Origin: an uncultured virus (IMG/VR IMGVR_UViG_3300006922_000014)
Taxonomy: Duplodnaviria; Heunggongvirae; Uroviricota; Caudoviricetes
Virus record (IMG/VR): IMGVR_UViG_3300006922_000014
DNA length: 64,000 bases
Strand: one strand, 5' to 3'
Shown here: positions 49,599-59,470 of the stretch, one piece after another
Numbering within the stretch: position 1 is the first letter of the stretch
Layout: each line of letters opens with the position of its first letter
The notes under the pieces: model-generated
Database searches by the model: none
Seen by the model: only the letters and a program-made list of their open reading frames with translations
What the model was told of the DNA's origin: nothing
Position numbers and translations under genes: made by a program

Positions 49599-50066
49599 AT
49601 GAGTGATAAAAAACCTAAAAAGAAATTTAAAGATACTAAAGTAGGACAGTTCCTTACAAAGAAAGTTCCTAGTATACTTGGTCTTGCCGGGGAGTTACTT
49701 CCTGATGCAGGTGTTTTAGGTATGGTTAAATCTTTAATAGAAAAAGAACCAGCTTTATCACCAATAGATAAAGAGCATGCATTGAAACTACTTGAACAAG
49801 ATATGGTTGAAATGCAAGAAGTAAGTAAGCGTTGGGTCAGTGACATGAGTTCTGATTCTTGGCTAAGTAAAAATACAAGACCAATGACTTTGATATTTTT
49901 AACTATATCAATGGTAATATTTATGCTATTAGACAGTTCTGATATTGAATTTAAAGTAGACTCAGTGTGGGTTGACTTATTAAAGTCATTATTAATAACA
50001 GTTTATGTAGCATACTTTGGCTCAAGGGGAGCTGAGAAATTTAAAGCAATTAGTAACAAAAATTAA
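49599..50066 (+). CDS. Holin, 3TM gene-transfer-agent type
   Basis: RWVSDMSSDSWLSKNTRP followed by hydrophobic helices and AYFGSRGAEK. Confidence 0.7.
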   Translation: MSDKKPKKKFKDTKVGQFLTKKVPSILGLAGELLPDAGVLGMVKSLIEKEPALSPIDKEHALKLLEQDMVEMQEVSKRWVSDMSSDSWLSKNTRPMTLIFLTISMVIFMLLDSSDIEFKVDSVWVDLLKSLLITVYVAYFGSRGAEKFKAISNKN

Positions 50067-50078
50067 AAAATAGAAATT

Positions 50079-50309
50079 ATGCCAAAAAATATGACAGATG
50101 CTGGAATAAGCTACAAAAACGGTGGCTCTTCAAAAAAAGGTGGACAAGCATTATTTAATGCTTTAAAAGCTAAAGGCTATAAACAAAAAGGTGGTGAAGA
50201 AACACCAGCTAAAGCAAGAATGACTTCATATGCTGAAGGTGGAGGACTTATGGGTTATGCAAAAAGAGGTGGCTGTGTTTTATCAGGAATGAATAAAAAA
50301 AGAAAATAA
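50079..50309 (+). CDS. Small basic GG-motif protein (76 aa)
   Basis: Five xxxGG motifs: YKNGG, SKKGG, KQKGG, YAEGG, AKRGG. Confidence 0.6.
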   Translation: MPKNMTDAGISYKNGGSSKKGGQALFNALKAKGYKQKGGEETPAKARMTSYAEGGGLMGYAKRGGCVLSGMNKKRK

Positions 50310-50311
50310 TC

Positions 50312-50539
50312 ATGGCAAAAAAGATATCATTCCCAGAGGGAAACGGAAAAGTAGAAAATGGATATTATGATCCAACATCTATACCAGCAAGAATTCAAGC
50401 TAAAAAAAATGCAACTGCTACGGCAACGAGAATGCGTTTAGCGGCACAAGGTGTTGAAATAAAAAGATCATCTACAAAAGCTTCTGAACCAGTTCAATCA
50501 GCTGCATTTAAAAACGGCTATAGAAAAGGAAAAAAATAA
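50312..50539 (+). CDS. Small basic hypothetical protein (75 aa)
   Basis: Lys/Arg/Ala-rich and tightly packed in the operon; carries degenerate linkers AAQG and FKNG. Confidence 0.55.
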   Translation: MAKKISFPEGNGKVENGYYDPTSIPARIQAKKNATATATRMRLAAQGVEIKRSSTKASEPVQSAAFKNGYRKGKK

Positions 50540-50549
50540 ATTAAATACT

Positions 50550-50894
50550 ATGGCAATATTAACAGCACAACAGATAAGTCAATCAGGCTTACAACCTACA
50601 TCAGTCATACCTGACCCTAAAGGAGATACTTTAGCAAATACAGGTAAAGAATTTTTTTATGTGCAAAATAATAGTGGGGACACAATTACTGCAACAGTTA
50701 TACCTGTTGTAAATACAGTTATTGATCCATTACTAGGCACTTTGACAAAAGAAAATGCTATATTAGCAATAGCTAATGGTGAGACAGGATTTGTAGGTCC
50801 TTTTGAAGTTGATGCTTTTAATGATGTTGATGGTAACATAACAATAACATGTTCATTTCAGGTAGGTGTAAAACTATCTGCAGTGTACTTATAA
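50550..50894 (+). CDS. Small beta-rich virion protein (decoration-like)
   Basis: 114 aa with alternating beta-strand patterns, in the structural operon. Confidence 0.45.
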   Translation: MAILTAQQISQSGLQPTSVIPDPKGDTLANTGKEFFYVQNNSGDTITATVIPVVNTVIDPLLGTLTKENAILAIANGETGFVGPFEVDAFNDVDGNITITCSFQVGVKLSAVYL

Positions 50895-50904
50895 ACAAAA
50901 AACA

Positions 50905-53808
50905 ATGGGCTCACTACTGCAAGACGTAATTGGATTATTTGCCAAGAAAAAATATGCACCAAACCCTTATGATCTTGACAAAGATGGTAAAGAGGATTTT
51001 TTAGTTCTATCAACAAAACAAGATAGTTCATTAAATGTAATGGCATACTTGCCAAAACTTGAACAAGAATTAATTTCAGTCAAGCAGTTAGCTGAAGCTA
51101 TTGGCGCTGGTTCAGATACTACATATGATTATAGTAGTGAAGGAAACGCAGATGGTTCTGTTAACTTAATACTTACAGGATCAGATGCTACTATAGATAT
51201 AGTAAAGCTTATTGGTGGTACAAACATCTCTTTGGTTGATGATGGCTCTAATAATGTTACTATAAATAGTACAGATCAGTTTGTTGGAACTGTTACTAGT
51301 GTAGACGCTGGTATTGTTGGAGATGCTCTCAGCATATCTGGAGTTCCAATCACTACTAGTGGTAGTATAGATTTTAGTTGGGATGGTACAGCTTCAGAAT
51401 ATGTAGACGGCCAAGGTAATTTACAAACTTTCCCAACAGTTGGAACTATGAACTCATGGTTTGTAGGAGGAGATGGTGGTTTTGAAGTTCTAGATCAAGA
51501 CAGTGTATTGTTTTTAGGCTCAGATAAAATTACAGTATATCCTATTTTTAATAGTCAATCAGTAAAATTTGAACATAAAGACACAGTTAGAACTGATAAT
51601 ATAATTCCTTTAACTCCAGCATTTGGTGATACATTTACTGTAGTAAGTAAAATAACTCAGGATCAAACCGGTCACCCTACTGAATTAGAAATTAGTGAAA
51701 TTACTTTACCAACTCCAGCAGCTGCAGCTAACACTACATATGATTTAAGTGGTCAGCAAAGCAACATTGATGATTATACTATACGTTTACTTGGATCAGA
51801 TGGATCACTAGATAAAGTAGTTCTTGAAGCTGGTAACAATATTACATTAACAGATCAAGGTAATGATAGAGTAGAAATAAGTTCATTAGATTCTAATACA
51901 ACATATGTTCTTAACGGTCAGCAGTCTGGTGGTACAAACTATGCAGTAAATTTAGAAGATCAAACTGGAGCTCTTAGCACGTTATTTTTAAATGCAGGAA
52001 CTAATATAACATTAACACAAACTGGTAATGGTGTAACTATAGATGCTTCTGGAGGTTCTGGTTCAGTTACTAGTGTAGGTTTAACAGCACCCCCTGCATT
52101 CACTGTTTCAGGATCACCTGTAATAAACTCAGGAACTTTAGCATTAGCAGGAGCAGGTACCGCACAAGAATATATAGATGGTACTGGGTCTTTACAAACA
52201 TTCCCTACTATTCCAAGTGTACCAGCAAATATAGTTGAGACAGTAGATACACAAAATAGTACATACATTGATATGACACCAACAGGTGCTGTAGATGGAG
52301 ATGTTGTTGTAACAGCAGAATTATCAGCAGTAGATGGGGTAGATACTTCAGGTAAATTCTTAAGTAAAGATAATGTATGGTCAGCAATTCCAGGAGGAAA
52401 CCAAGGAACTGTAACTGATTTTAATTGTGATGTAACGCCAGGAATAGCAGATGCAATAGTACCTTCTGTAGCAAATTCAACTACAACACCTTTCTTAACT
52501 TTAGATTTTCAAGGTGTGCCAGCTCAATATGTTAGAGGTGATGGTGTTTTAGAAACATTCCCTACTATTCCTGCAGCAGTACCAGTGATGACATCTACGG
52601 TAACTGGAACAGGTAAACTATGGGATGATATAGTACAGCTTGAACCTGCTGAATCAGTAACTACAGTTAAAGATAGAACATATGGTGTGCAGTTTAATTC
52701 AAACTCACAACTAGTTGTAAATGTACCATGGTCAAATGCTGGAGGTACCATGTCTAGTTGGACAATTAAAGATGGTACTGGGTTAGGACCAGTATTAGAT
52801 CAAACAGAAGTTCAGTTTGTAGGTTCAGATAAAATTACTACACTATTAACTAATAATGGAGGAAACTATATATTAGGTATTGATCATGACGATACAACAA
52901 GAACAGATACAACATCTACGGATGCTCCTGCTGCAGGCGGTACATTTACAGTAATAGATTCTATTACACAAGATGCAACAGGTCACCCTACAGCAGTAAA
53001 TGTTAAAACAGTTACTTTACCTTCCGCAGTATCTGTACCAACAATGACATCAACTGTCCTTGGTATTGGTAAACTATTTAGTGATGTTGTACAAGCACAA
53101 GCAGCACAAGCAGTTTCAAATGTAGAAAAAAGAACTTATGGAATTCAATTTAATGCTAGTAATCAATTAGTTGTTAATGTACCGTGGGAAAACTCATCTT
53201 CAGGATGGACATTAACAGGTGATATTGGAACAGGGCAAGTTGTTGCTGATGGAGATACAGCTTTATTAGCAGGTGGTGTAGGAATTGCAACAAGCACTGT
53301 TGCTACAGATAAACTAACTATAGATTTAGAAAACACATCTGTTACTCCAGGGGTTTATACAAATGCTAATATTGAAGTTGATGCTCAAGGTAGACTTACT
53401 GCAGCATCAAACGGTACAGGTGGTAGTGGAGTAGACTATACATCTTATGTTGCACGTTTTAGTCACCCTAAAGGAGGTTCAATTGCAGTTGATGTATTAT
53501 CAAATAATACAGGATGTGACTTTAGCTGGGGAGGAGGAACAGCATTATATAAAATTAATATACATGCACAAGGAGACCCAAATACAAGATGCGGTAATGG
53601 TAAACGTGTGTGGGTTATGGCAAATGGTAGATCAGAAATAGTAGAAGGTACACGTCCTGCAGAAATCTTTTTTAGAGAGTGGGAAGTAACACCTACTGAA
53701 AACTTAGTTTGGTTAGATTTTCTAGAACAAGATTTTACAGGTACTACTAAAGGAATATTCCAAGGTAATATAGAAATAAGATTATACCAAACAAGAGAAT
53801 TGGTCTAA
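50905..53808 (+). CDS. Tail fibre-like protein with internal repeats
   Basis: Repeats include Y.DG.G.LQTFPT-like x3, RTYG.QFN...QLVVNVPW x2 and ITQD.TGHPT x2, plus the fibre motif VTPGVYTNANIEVDAQGRLTAASNG. Confidence 0.75.
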   Translation: MGSLLQDVIGLFAKKKYAPNPYDLDKDGKEDFLVLSTKQDSSLNVMAYLPKLEQELISVKQLAEAIGAGSDTTYDYSSEGNADGSVNLILTGSDATIDIVKLIGGTNISLVDDGSNNVTINSTDQFVGTVTSVDAGIVGDALSISGVPITTSGSIDFSWDGTASEYVDGQGNLQTFPTVGTMNSWFVGGDGGFEVLDQDSVLFLGSDKITVYPIFNSQSVKFEHKDTVRTDNIIPLTPAFGDTFTVVSKITQDQTGHPTELEISEITLPTPAAAANTTYDLSGQQSNIDDYTIRLLGSDGSLDKVVLEAGNNITLTDQGNDRVEISSLDSNTTYVLNGQQSGGTNYAVNLEDQTGALSTLFLNAGTNITLTQTGNGVTIDASGGSGSVTSVGLTAPPAFTVSGSPVINSGTLALAGAGTAQEYIDGTGSLQTFPTIPSVPANIVETVDTQNSTYIDMTPTGAVDGDVVVTAELSAVDGVDTSGKFLSKDNVWSAIPGGNQGTVTDFNCDVTPGIADAIVPSVANSTTTPFLTLDFQGVPAQYVRGDGVLETFPTIPAAVPVMTSTVTGTGKLWDDIVQLEPAESVTTVKDRTYGVQFNSNSQLVVNVPWSNAGGTMSSWTIKDGTGLGPVLDQTEVQFVGSDKITTLLTNNGGNYILGIDHDDTTRTDTTSTDAPAAGGTFTVIDSITQDATGHPTAVNVKTVTLPSAVSVPTMTSTVLGIGKLFSDVVQAQAAQAVSNVEKRTYGIQFNASNQLVVNVPWENSSSGWTLTGDIGTGQVVADGDTALLAGGVGIATSTVATDKLTIDLENTSVTPGVYTNANIEVDAQGRLTAASNGTGGSGVDYTSYVARFSHPKGGSIAVDVLSNNTGCDFSWGGGTALYKINIHAQGDPNTRCGNGKRVWVMANGRSEIVEGTRPAEIFFREWEVTPTENLVWLDFLEQDFTGTTKGIFQGNIEIRLYQTRELV

Positions 53809-53837
53809 ATAAAAAATAAACAATAAAATAAAAAACA

Positions 53838-56800
53838 ATGAGTGTTTATATACAAGAGGTCTTAGGACTATTAAAAAGGAATAAAAAGAAAAAGAAGCTA
53901 GACAAAATGAGAGATCATTTTGAATTTGGTAAGCTTTATCAGAACAGTAGTTTAAATACTGGTGCTGTTTATAATCCTAAGATGGAACCTTTTGTTGTAA
54001 AGTGGGGAGATCTTGTTTGTGAAGCTACAGAAAATTTAACTAGAACAAAACCAGGTGAAGGTAAACTTGGTTTTGTTCCTGTTTATACTACACCTGAAGG
54101 GTCATGTGCATGGGATACCTTAATGGATTCTATCATAACTCAAAATGCTATAGGTGATACTATTAATATAGCAGGTGATTTATATGTTGAAGGTACTATA
54201 ACAACTCCAACACTAACAGAAGACCGTATAGTTATAGTTGGTCCTGGAGGTGTATTAGAAGATGATGCTAATTTCACAATGGATGGGATTACATTTACTG
54301 CTTTAGTAAATGTACAGCATGGTAGTTCAACTCTTGCACCAGTACCTCCTACAACTACAACATTCAACTCTAATATTGTACTTAGTGGGCCAGTAATTGA
54401 TTCACAAGGAAATCTAGGTCAATTATCTCAAGTACTTGTAGGTTTAGCTGACGGAAGAGTAATATGGTCAGATGATGATGTTGTAGAAGCCTTAACTTAC
54501 GGAAGCCTATGGCAAGGAAATGTAAACAATTTAAAACAAGAGTTACCTATTGGAACAGCAGATCAGATTCTTATCTCTGATGGAGTAACATTCTCTTGGG
54601 AAGATAATCCTGCAGCAATTGTAGGAGAACAATGTGAAATTTATAGAATACCATTATGGACACCTAACTCTAATACATTAGGTTGTTCTTTATTAATACA
54701 AGATGGTGATTCAACAACTCCAGCAAGTAGAGTTATTAATGATGGTGAACTACAGCAAACTAAAAGTATATTTTTAGATGATGTAAATCAAGATGATACA
54801 CTTACACAAGTTCTAGTAAGAGATCCTGCACAACAGAATGTAGTTAGATGGAGAGATGCACTTAGTATTGTACCTGAATTAGGTTGGGATTTAATAGATC
54901 CAAGCTTAGGTATAGCAAACTGGGATGTAGATAAGTATAATGGTTACATGGAAGTTACTAATCCAACTGCTTTTAGAGCAATTAGACCAAATAATCTTTT
55001 GAATGCAGATGAAGGTTATTTTGTTTTTGTTGCAGATAGTCCTAATATACCTTTAGACTATTTACTATTTACCGGTGTTAATGGAGGAACCACACAGACT
55101 GTAAGAACAACTTGGTCTGGTGACGCTGCTAGCGGTTTTCCTTATGTACCAACTAATCAATCTGGTGGATTTTGGTTACAAGGTGTAGCTGTAAAATTTC
55201 ATTATATTTTACGTATAGATGCAGCGGGTAATCAAATTATATGGTGGGATGCTTGTTGTGAAATACAACCTCTTAATCAATGCCCTATTGTACAAAATAC
55301 TTCTATTAGTTTAGTAGAAGATACAACTTTAACAGGTCAAACTTTAACAGCTTCAGATCCTGATGGTGATCCATTAACTTGGAGTATTGTAACTGCACCT
55401 CCAGCATCACATGGAACAGTCAACTTAAACTCAGCAACTGGTGTTTATGACTTTGTTCCTGCTGTAAACTTTTGTGGAACTGGAACATTTACATGGAAAG
55501 TTACTGATGGTTCATGTGAAAAAGAAGCAACAACAACATACAATATAAGTTGTGTTTGTGATATACCATCATTTGCCGTTTATCAAGGAGCTAATCAACC
55601 TTGTGGAGCAGCATCAACTGCACCTTTATATACTGGTGCTTCAGGTGGATCTTATCAATGGGTGGGTGATTATTGTGATCCAGATAATGCATATACTGAT
55701 GTAACACTTACAACAGAATATTCTCTTGATGGTGGTACAACTTGGATAGCAGGTCTTCCAGCAGGAGCAACAATACAAAAAGATGTACCTGCACCATGGA
55801 AGTTTACTTTTGATCAGCCTTCTGTCCCAGCGGGTAATCAGCAATTTAGATTTACACTTCAAGATGTAGATGTAACTTGTAAGAGCGAGTACATTTTTAA
55901 TGTAACTGCAGCTTTAGATATATTAAATAGATTTGAATTTCAGGTATCAAATGAAGCTGGAACAGCAACAGCTGCAGCAGCACTGTTTCCTTTCAGAGCT
56001 AATACAAATTTACCTGTATTTGGAGCTACTGGAGGTACGTGGAATCCTTCAGCTCTTCCTAATTCACAAAACTGGATGGGAAATTATGTTAATCAAGGAC
56101 GAAGATTAACTCAATTTACATCTCAACCAAATGGTCTAGCTGGTTCAGGTTTAAGTAATAATGATGAAGCATTAAATATTACACCAAGTGGTGGAACATA
56201 CCCAGGGGTTGCAAATTCAACGTTTCAATTAGTATATGTAACTGCTGGATATCAAACTAATTCAACTCTTATTGAGACAAGAACGCCAAATATTTGGGTT
56301 AATCCTATGTCTTACCCTGCTAATGATAATATATCAGTGGGTGATACCATAATTTTTGATGCTGCTACAATAAATAATGCTTTTAATTTATCAGGTGGAA
56401 ATGCTGTAACAGGTAGTCTAACTTATGTAATTCAAAATGAAGATGTTGGTTATGCTCCTTTAGCTATATCAGCAATAACTTTAGCAGCTAATGCTAATTC
56501 TGGTCATGCTTGTAATGATGGTGCATTTAAAATATATGCTGCTATTACGAATGCTTCTGGTGCAACAGAAGTTTATTATTTACTTAGAACCTCTACTTCT
56601 AACGGTAGTCCGCAAAATCCTTTTACTAATAATCCAAATCCTATAAGAAGATATAGTTTAGACAGTGTTTCTCCTTCAATTGGATATTTAACTGGACCAG
56701 GTGGAAGAACTTGGTCAAGATCATATTCAAGTGGTACTCAAGCTGGAGTAGGACAAGCAGGAGCACCTGCTATAATGAGTTCTTCTAATATTGATTACAC

Positions 56801-57494
56801 ATTCCGTGGTTCTGCAATGTCTAAATCTAATACAATGTATAACTATGATGGAGGATATGTAATTCCACAAAATAATCAAGATACAGACTATAGTTCTACA
56901 GGAGCGCAAAGACTTCAAGCAGATGTTATACAACAGATAGCTGCTAATAGTATAGATGGTAATATAGTTTTTTATATTGCAGGAGATACTTGGGCCAAAA
57001 CATCTGCTACAACTTTAGCAACAGGTATAATTAGTTCAGTAGATGCTAATGGAGGAGTTACTGGTATAACATTACAAAGTGGTGGCGTTGGTTATAATCA
57101 AGGATTATTTACTAGTAATGCTTCTGGTACTACTAGAGCAGAATATTTTTTAAGTGGTGGGGATAATCAATGTTCAGCTTTTGTAACTATGAGCGGTACA
57201 ACAGTTAATGAAAGTATACAGTCTGTAATCTCAATATCTAGACCAGGTTCAGGTTATGTGGTTGGACAACCTTTTGCTTTTGATCCAGATCTTACATGGG
57301 TTGCACACTCTCATGGTGATGCAGCAACTCTTAGAATATTTAAAGAAGACCCAAATAATACACTAGATCAAATAGAAGTATTTAATGGCCCTCCTTTTAA
57401 TAACACTGGTACAGCAACTGGTACAGCATTTAAAGCAGGTGACGGAACATCAGTGCAAGTAAATATATTTACGGGTGTAGTAACAATTTTATAA
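53838..57494 (+). CDS. Tail fibre/adhesin with a cadherin-like Ig domain
   Basis: NQCP...EDT..TGQ..ASDPDGDPLTW...HGTV...FTWKVTDG (bacterial Ig/cadherin-like). C-terminal ITLQSGGVGY / ISRPGSGY repeats. Confidence 0.7.
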   Translation: MSVYIQEVLGLLKRNKKKKKLDKMRDHFEFGKLYQNSSLNTGAVYNPKMEPFVVKWGDLVCEATENLTRTKPGEGKLGFVPVYTTPEGSCAWDTLMDSIITQNAIGDTINIAGDLYVEGTITTPTLTEDRIVIVGPGGVLEDDANFTMDGITFTALVNVQHGSSTLAPVPPTTTTFNSNIVLSGPVIDSQGNLGQLSQVLVGLADGRVIWSDDDVVEALTYGSLWQGNVNNLKQELPIGTADQILISDGVTFSWEDNPAAIVGEQCEIYRIPLWTPNSNTLGCSLLIQDGDSTTPASRVINDGELQQTKSIFLDDVNQDDTLTQVLVRDPAQQNVVRWRDALSIVPELGWDLIDPSLGIANWDVDKYNGYMEVTNPTAFRAIRPNNLLNADEGYFVFVADSPNIPLDYLLFTGVNGGTTQTVRTTWSGDAASGFPYVPTNQSGGFWLQGVAVKFHYILRIDAAGNQIIWWDACCEIQPLNQCPIVQNTSISLVEDTTLTGQTLTASDPDGDPLTWSIVTAPPASHGTVNLNSATGVYDFVPAVNFCGTGTFTWKVTDGSCEKEATTTYNISCVCDIPSFAVYQGANQPCGAASTAPLYTGASGGSYQWVGDYCDPDNAYTDVTLTTEYSLDGGTTWIAGLPAGATIQKDVPAPWKFTFDQPSVPAGNQQFRFTLQDVDVTCKSEYIFNVTAALDILNRFEFQVSNEAGTATAAAALFPFRANTNLPVFGATGGTWNPSALPNSQNWMGNYVNQGRRLTQFTSQPNGLAGSGLSNNDEALNITPSGGTYPGVANSTFQLVYVTAGYQTNSTLIETRTPNIWVNPMSYPANDNISVGDTIIFDAATINNAFNLSGGNAVTGSLTYVIQNEDVGYAPLAISAITLAANANSGHACNDGAFKIYAAITNASGATEVYYLLRTSTSNGSPQNPFTNNPNPIRRYSLDSVSPSIGYLTGPGGRTWSRSYSSGTQAGVGQAGAPAIMSSSNIDYTFRGSAMSKSNTMYNYDGGYVIPQNNQDTDYSSTGAQRLQADVIQQIAANSIDGNIVFYIAGDTWAKTSATTLATGIISSVDANGGVTGITLQSGGVGYNQGLFTSNASGTTRAEYFLSGGDNQCSAFVTMSGTTVNESIQSVISISRPGSGYVVGQPFAFDPDLTWVAHSHGDAATLRIFKEDPNNTLDQIEVFNGPPFNNTGTATGTAFKAGDGTSVQVNIFTGVVTIL

Positions 57495-57673
57495 TGAGTA
57501 AAGTAAAAACAAATAGTGCAAGTAACCCTATGAGTCCACACAGTCCTAAAGTAAGGACTGGTGGCTCAGTAGTTGCTAATAAAAGTACAGGTAAAGGTGG
57601 CTTTAAAGTTGCTCAAGATTCAACTGTATTGGGTACAATGAATGGTATAATGAAAGATCAGTATAACAAGTAA
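57494..57673 (+). CDS. Small basic protein (59 aa) with GG motifs
   Basis: Manual translation gives MSKVKTNSASNPMSPHSPKVRTGGSVVANKSTGKGGFKVAQD...QYNK*. Coupled to the previous gene by TAATG. Confidence 0.55.
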   Translation: MSKVKTNSASNPMSPHSPKVRTGGSVVANKSTGKGGFKVAQDSTVLGTMNGIMKDQYNK

Positions 57674-57674
57674 G

Positions 57675-57986
57675 TTACTTTAGATCTTCTAACTCTTTTT
57701 GTAAACATGCAAGTGCACGCCAAGCAACTTTTGCTGTATGACGTATTCCGTCATCATCAATTGTTCCTGCATCTATAAGGTGCCTAGCTAATGCATCAAA
57801 ATCATCATTAGATTTATTACGATCCCAATGTAATGGTTTATCAGGATGATGTTGTTTGTTTCCTTGTAAGGAGACTCTTGCTATTTCCATAATAGCATCC
57901 GGGAAGTATTTAAGAACACCAGTAAATACTGGAGTTTCTTTTCTTTTTTCAGCTTTATCCATAAATAGCCATTCTTTTTTTATCAT
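57675..57986 (-). CDS. dATP/dGTP diphosphohydrolase-like protein (DUF5664-like)
   Basis: FPDAIMEIARVS..GNKQH....W...DALARHL...HTAKVAWRALA pattern. Confidence 0.65.
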   Translation of the reverse strand: MIKKEWLFMDKAEKRKETPVFTGVLKYFPDAIMEIARVSLQGNKQHHPDKPLHWDRNKSNDDFDALARHLIDAGTIDDDGIRHTAKVAWRALACLQKELEDLK

Positions 57987-58189
57987 TTCTTTTTCTTTTT
58001 TCTCCTTTCAGCCATAACATCTTCAATCTTTCTAACTTCATATGCTCCACATGGACCATTTGCAGCACGAGATGTTGCTTTCCTATTGGTTCTTTGCCAA
58101 CTGTAAATTTGACTATCTTCACTACATGGTATAAAGTTTATACCTGCTTTATTATATCTTTCTTGTTCTCTTTTTTCTTTCTTTGTCAT
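57983..58189 (-). CDS. Small basic hypothetical protein
   Basis: 68-aa ORF with ATGA overlaps on both sides. Confidence 0.55.
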   Translation of the reverse strand: MTKKEKREQERYNKAGINFIPCSEDSQIYSWQRTNRKATSRAANGPCGAYEVRKIEDVMAERRKKKKK

Positions 58190-58377
58190 TTGTCTTTATT
58201 TTTACGATAATCAATTATGAATCCTACAGCTACTAGTATGTTTAAACCTAAGCTGGCAATAACCTCATGAATATCTTTATATGTATTTATACTTAGATGT
58301 ACATGTCCAATTACCCAAAATGGAATTGCCATTTGCTGACTATACCATATTAATGCAAACTCTAGAAATTTTTTCAT
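58186..58377 (-). CDS. Small membrane protein
   Basis: 63 aa with two hydrophobic segments and a basic tail. Confidence 0.6.
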   Translation of the reverse strand: MKKFLEFALIWYSQQMAIPFWVIGHVHLSINTYKDIHEVIASLGLNILVAVGFIIDYRKNKDK

Positions 58378-58407
58378 AACTAATTTTTGGTTTTTATATT
58401 TTGTAAA

Positions 58408-58487
58408 TTAGGTGTAGGGGCCTACATGTAAAACATGCAGTTGGTTTAGCCCCATTATTATTCACCTAACTTCCTACCTTTTAGGAT
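58408..58487 (-). ncRNA. Candidate structured leader RNA or small ncRNA
   Basis: Nested stems UUAGGUG/CACCUAA, GGGGCU/GGCCCC and UGCAUGU/ACAUGUA, plus a UCCUA/UAGGA hairpin, in an intergenic gap. Confidence 0.45.
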
Positions 58488-58537
58488 CCATATTATATAT
58501 ATTATTATAATTAAAAAAAGTATTCTTAATCCTGGGC

Positions 58538-59419
58538 TCATATTCTACCCATGTACATTTCTTGAACTAATACTTTTTCTGTTATATCTATATCAATTGG
58601 AACTTCAACAATATCTTCCATAACTATGTCTATGTCATTAACATTAGTATTAACTTCTAGATTAGCATATAAGTTATTGTTTATTACTTCAGCAGTTACA
58701 AAATCATGAAAGTCTTTTTGATCTGATAACCAATCTCTTGGATGTGCTTTCTTTAATGCATGCGTTACATGATTATAAAAAGCCCATGCACTGTTATTAC
58801 TCTGACCATAATCAAAAGATGGTTTATCCATTTCTTTCTTTATCATAGATACTTGTTGTGTGTCTATTATATCTTCATCAATAAATAATCTTCCTACTAA
58901 CTCTGACTGCTGTTTACAGCTAAGTTTAACAGACTTTAGATATTCTTTATCATTTATTAATCTTTTATAATATACTTCAGCATTCTTGATTTGATCCGTC
59001 ATATGTAACTTAGTATCCATATTAGCTGTTCCGGTATGCTTTCTAGTGTAATTCATCATATCACCAGCAACCATTCCGTTTGAACATACTTTAACATAAG
59101 CTCCTATAGCACACTGAAACCTTGTACTTTTATCATAAGAGTTTGTCCAAGAGAACATCATACCTAGTTCTTCTTCTTCCATTATACTGCTATCAACAGG
59201 ATTTAGAGGCTTTAAATGATAGATACCTTGTGCTACATTAGCATTCATATTAGATCTATAGACCTCTTTTATTATAGTGAATCCACTTGCATTAAGTAGA
59301 CTCATAGTGTTGTCTATCACTTCTTTGTGTGATATGACTGTGTAAGATTTACCATGGTTAGGTAAAGGTTGACTTTTTAGAAATGCTTTAGTCACTTCTG
59401 TTGGTTTTTTATATCCCAT
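58538..59419 (-). CDS. DUF932-like protein
   Basis: YTVISH, NSYDKS..F...GAY..VCSNGM and RKHTG motifs. Confidence 0.75.
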   Translation of the reverse strand: MGYKKPTEVTKAFLKSQPLPNHGKSYTVISHKEVIDNTMSLLNASGFTIIKEVYRSNMNANVAQGIYHLKPLNPVDSSIMEEEELGMMFSWTNSYDKSTRFQCAIGAYVKVCSNGMVAGDMMNYTRKHTGTANMDTKLHMTDQIKNAEVYYKRLINDKEYLKSVKLSCKQQSELVGRLFIDEDIIDTQQVSMIKKEMDKPSFDYGQSNNSAWAFYNHVTHALKKAHPRDWLSDQKDFHDFVTAEVINNNLYANLEVNTNVNDIDIVMEDIVEVPIDIDITEKVLVQEMYMGRI

Positions 59420-59470
59420 AATTATAAACTTATTAAGTGTAAATATAATAAATTAATCTGACTCAGCAAA

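Noticed and set aside
58408..58487. Assignment of the structured element to a known ribozyme or riboswitch class
   Set aside because: There is no hammerhead core (CUGANGA/GAAA) or other consensus I can recognise, so it is left unassigned.
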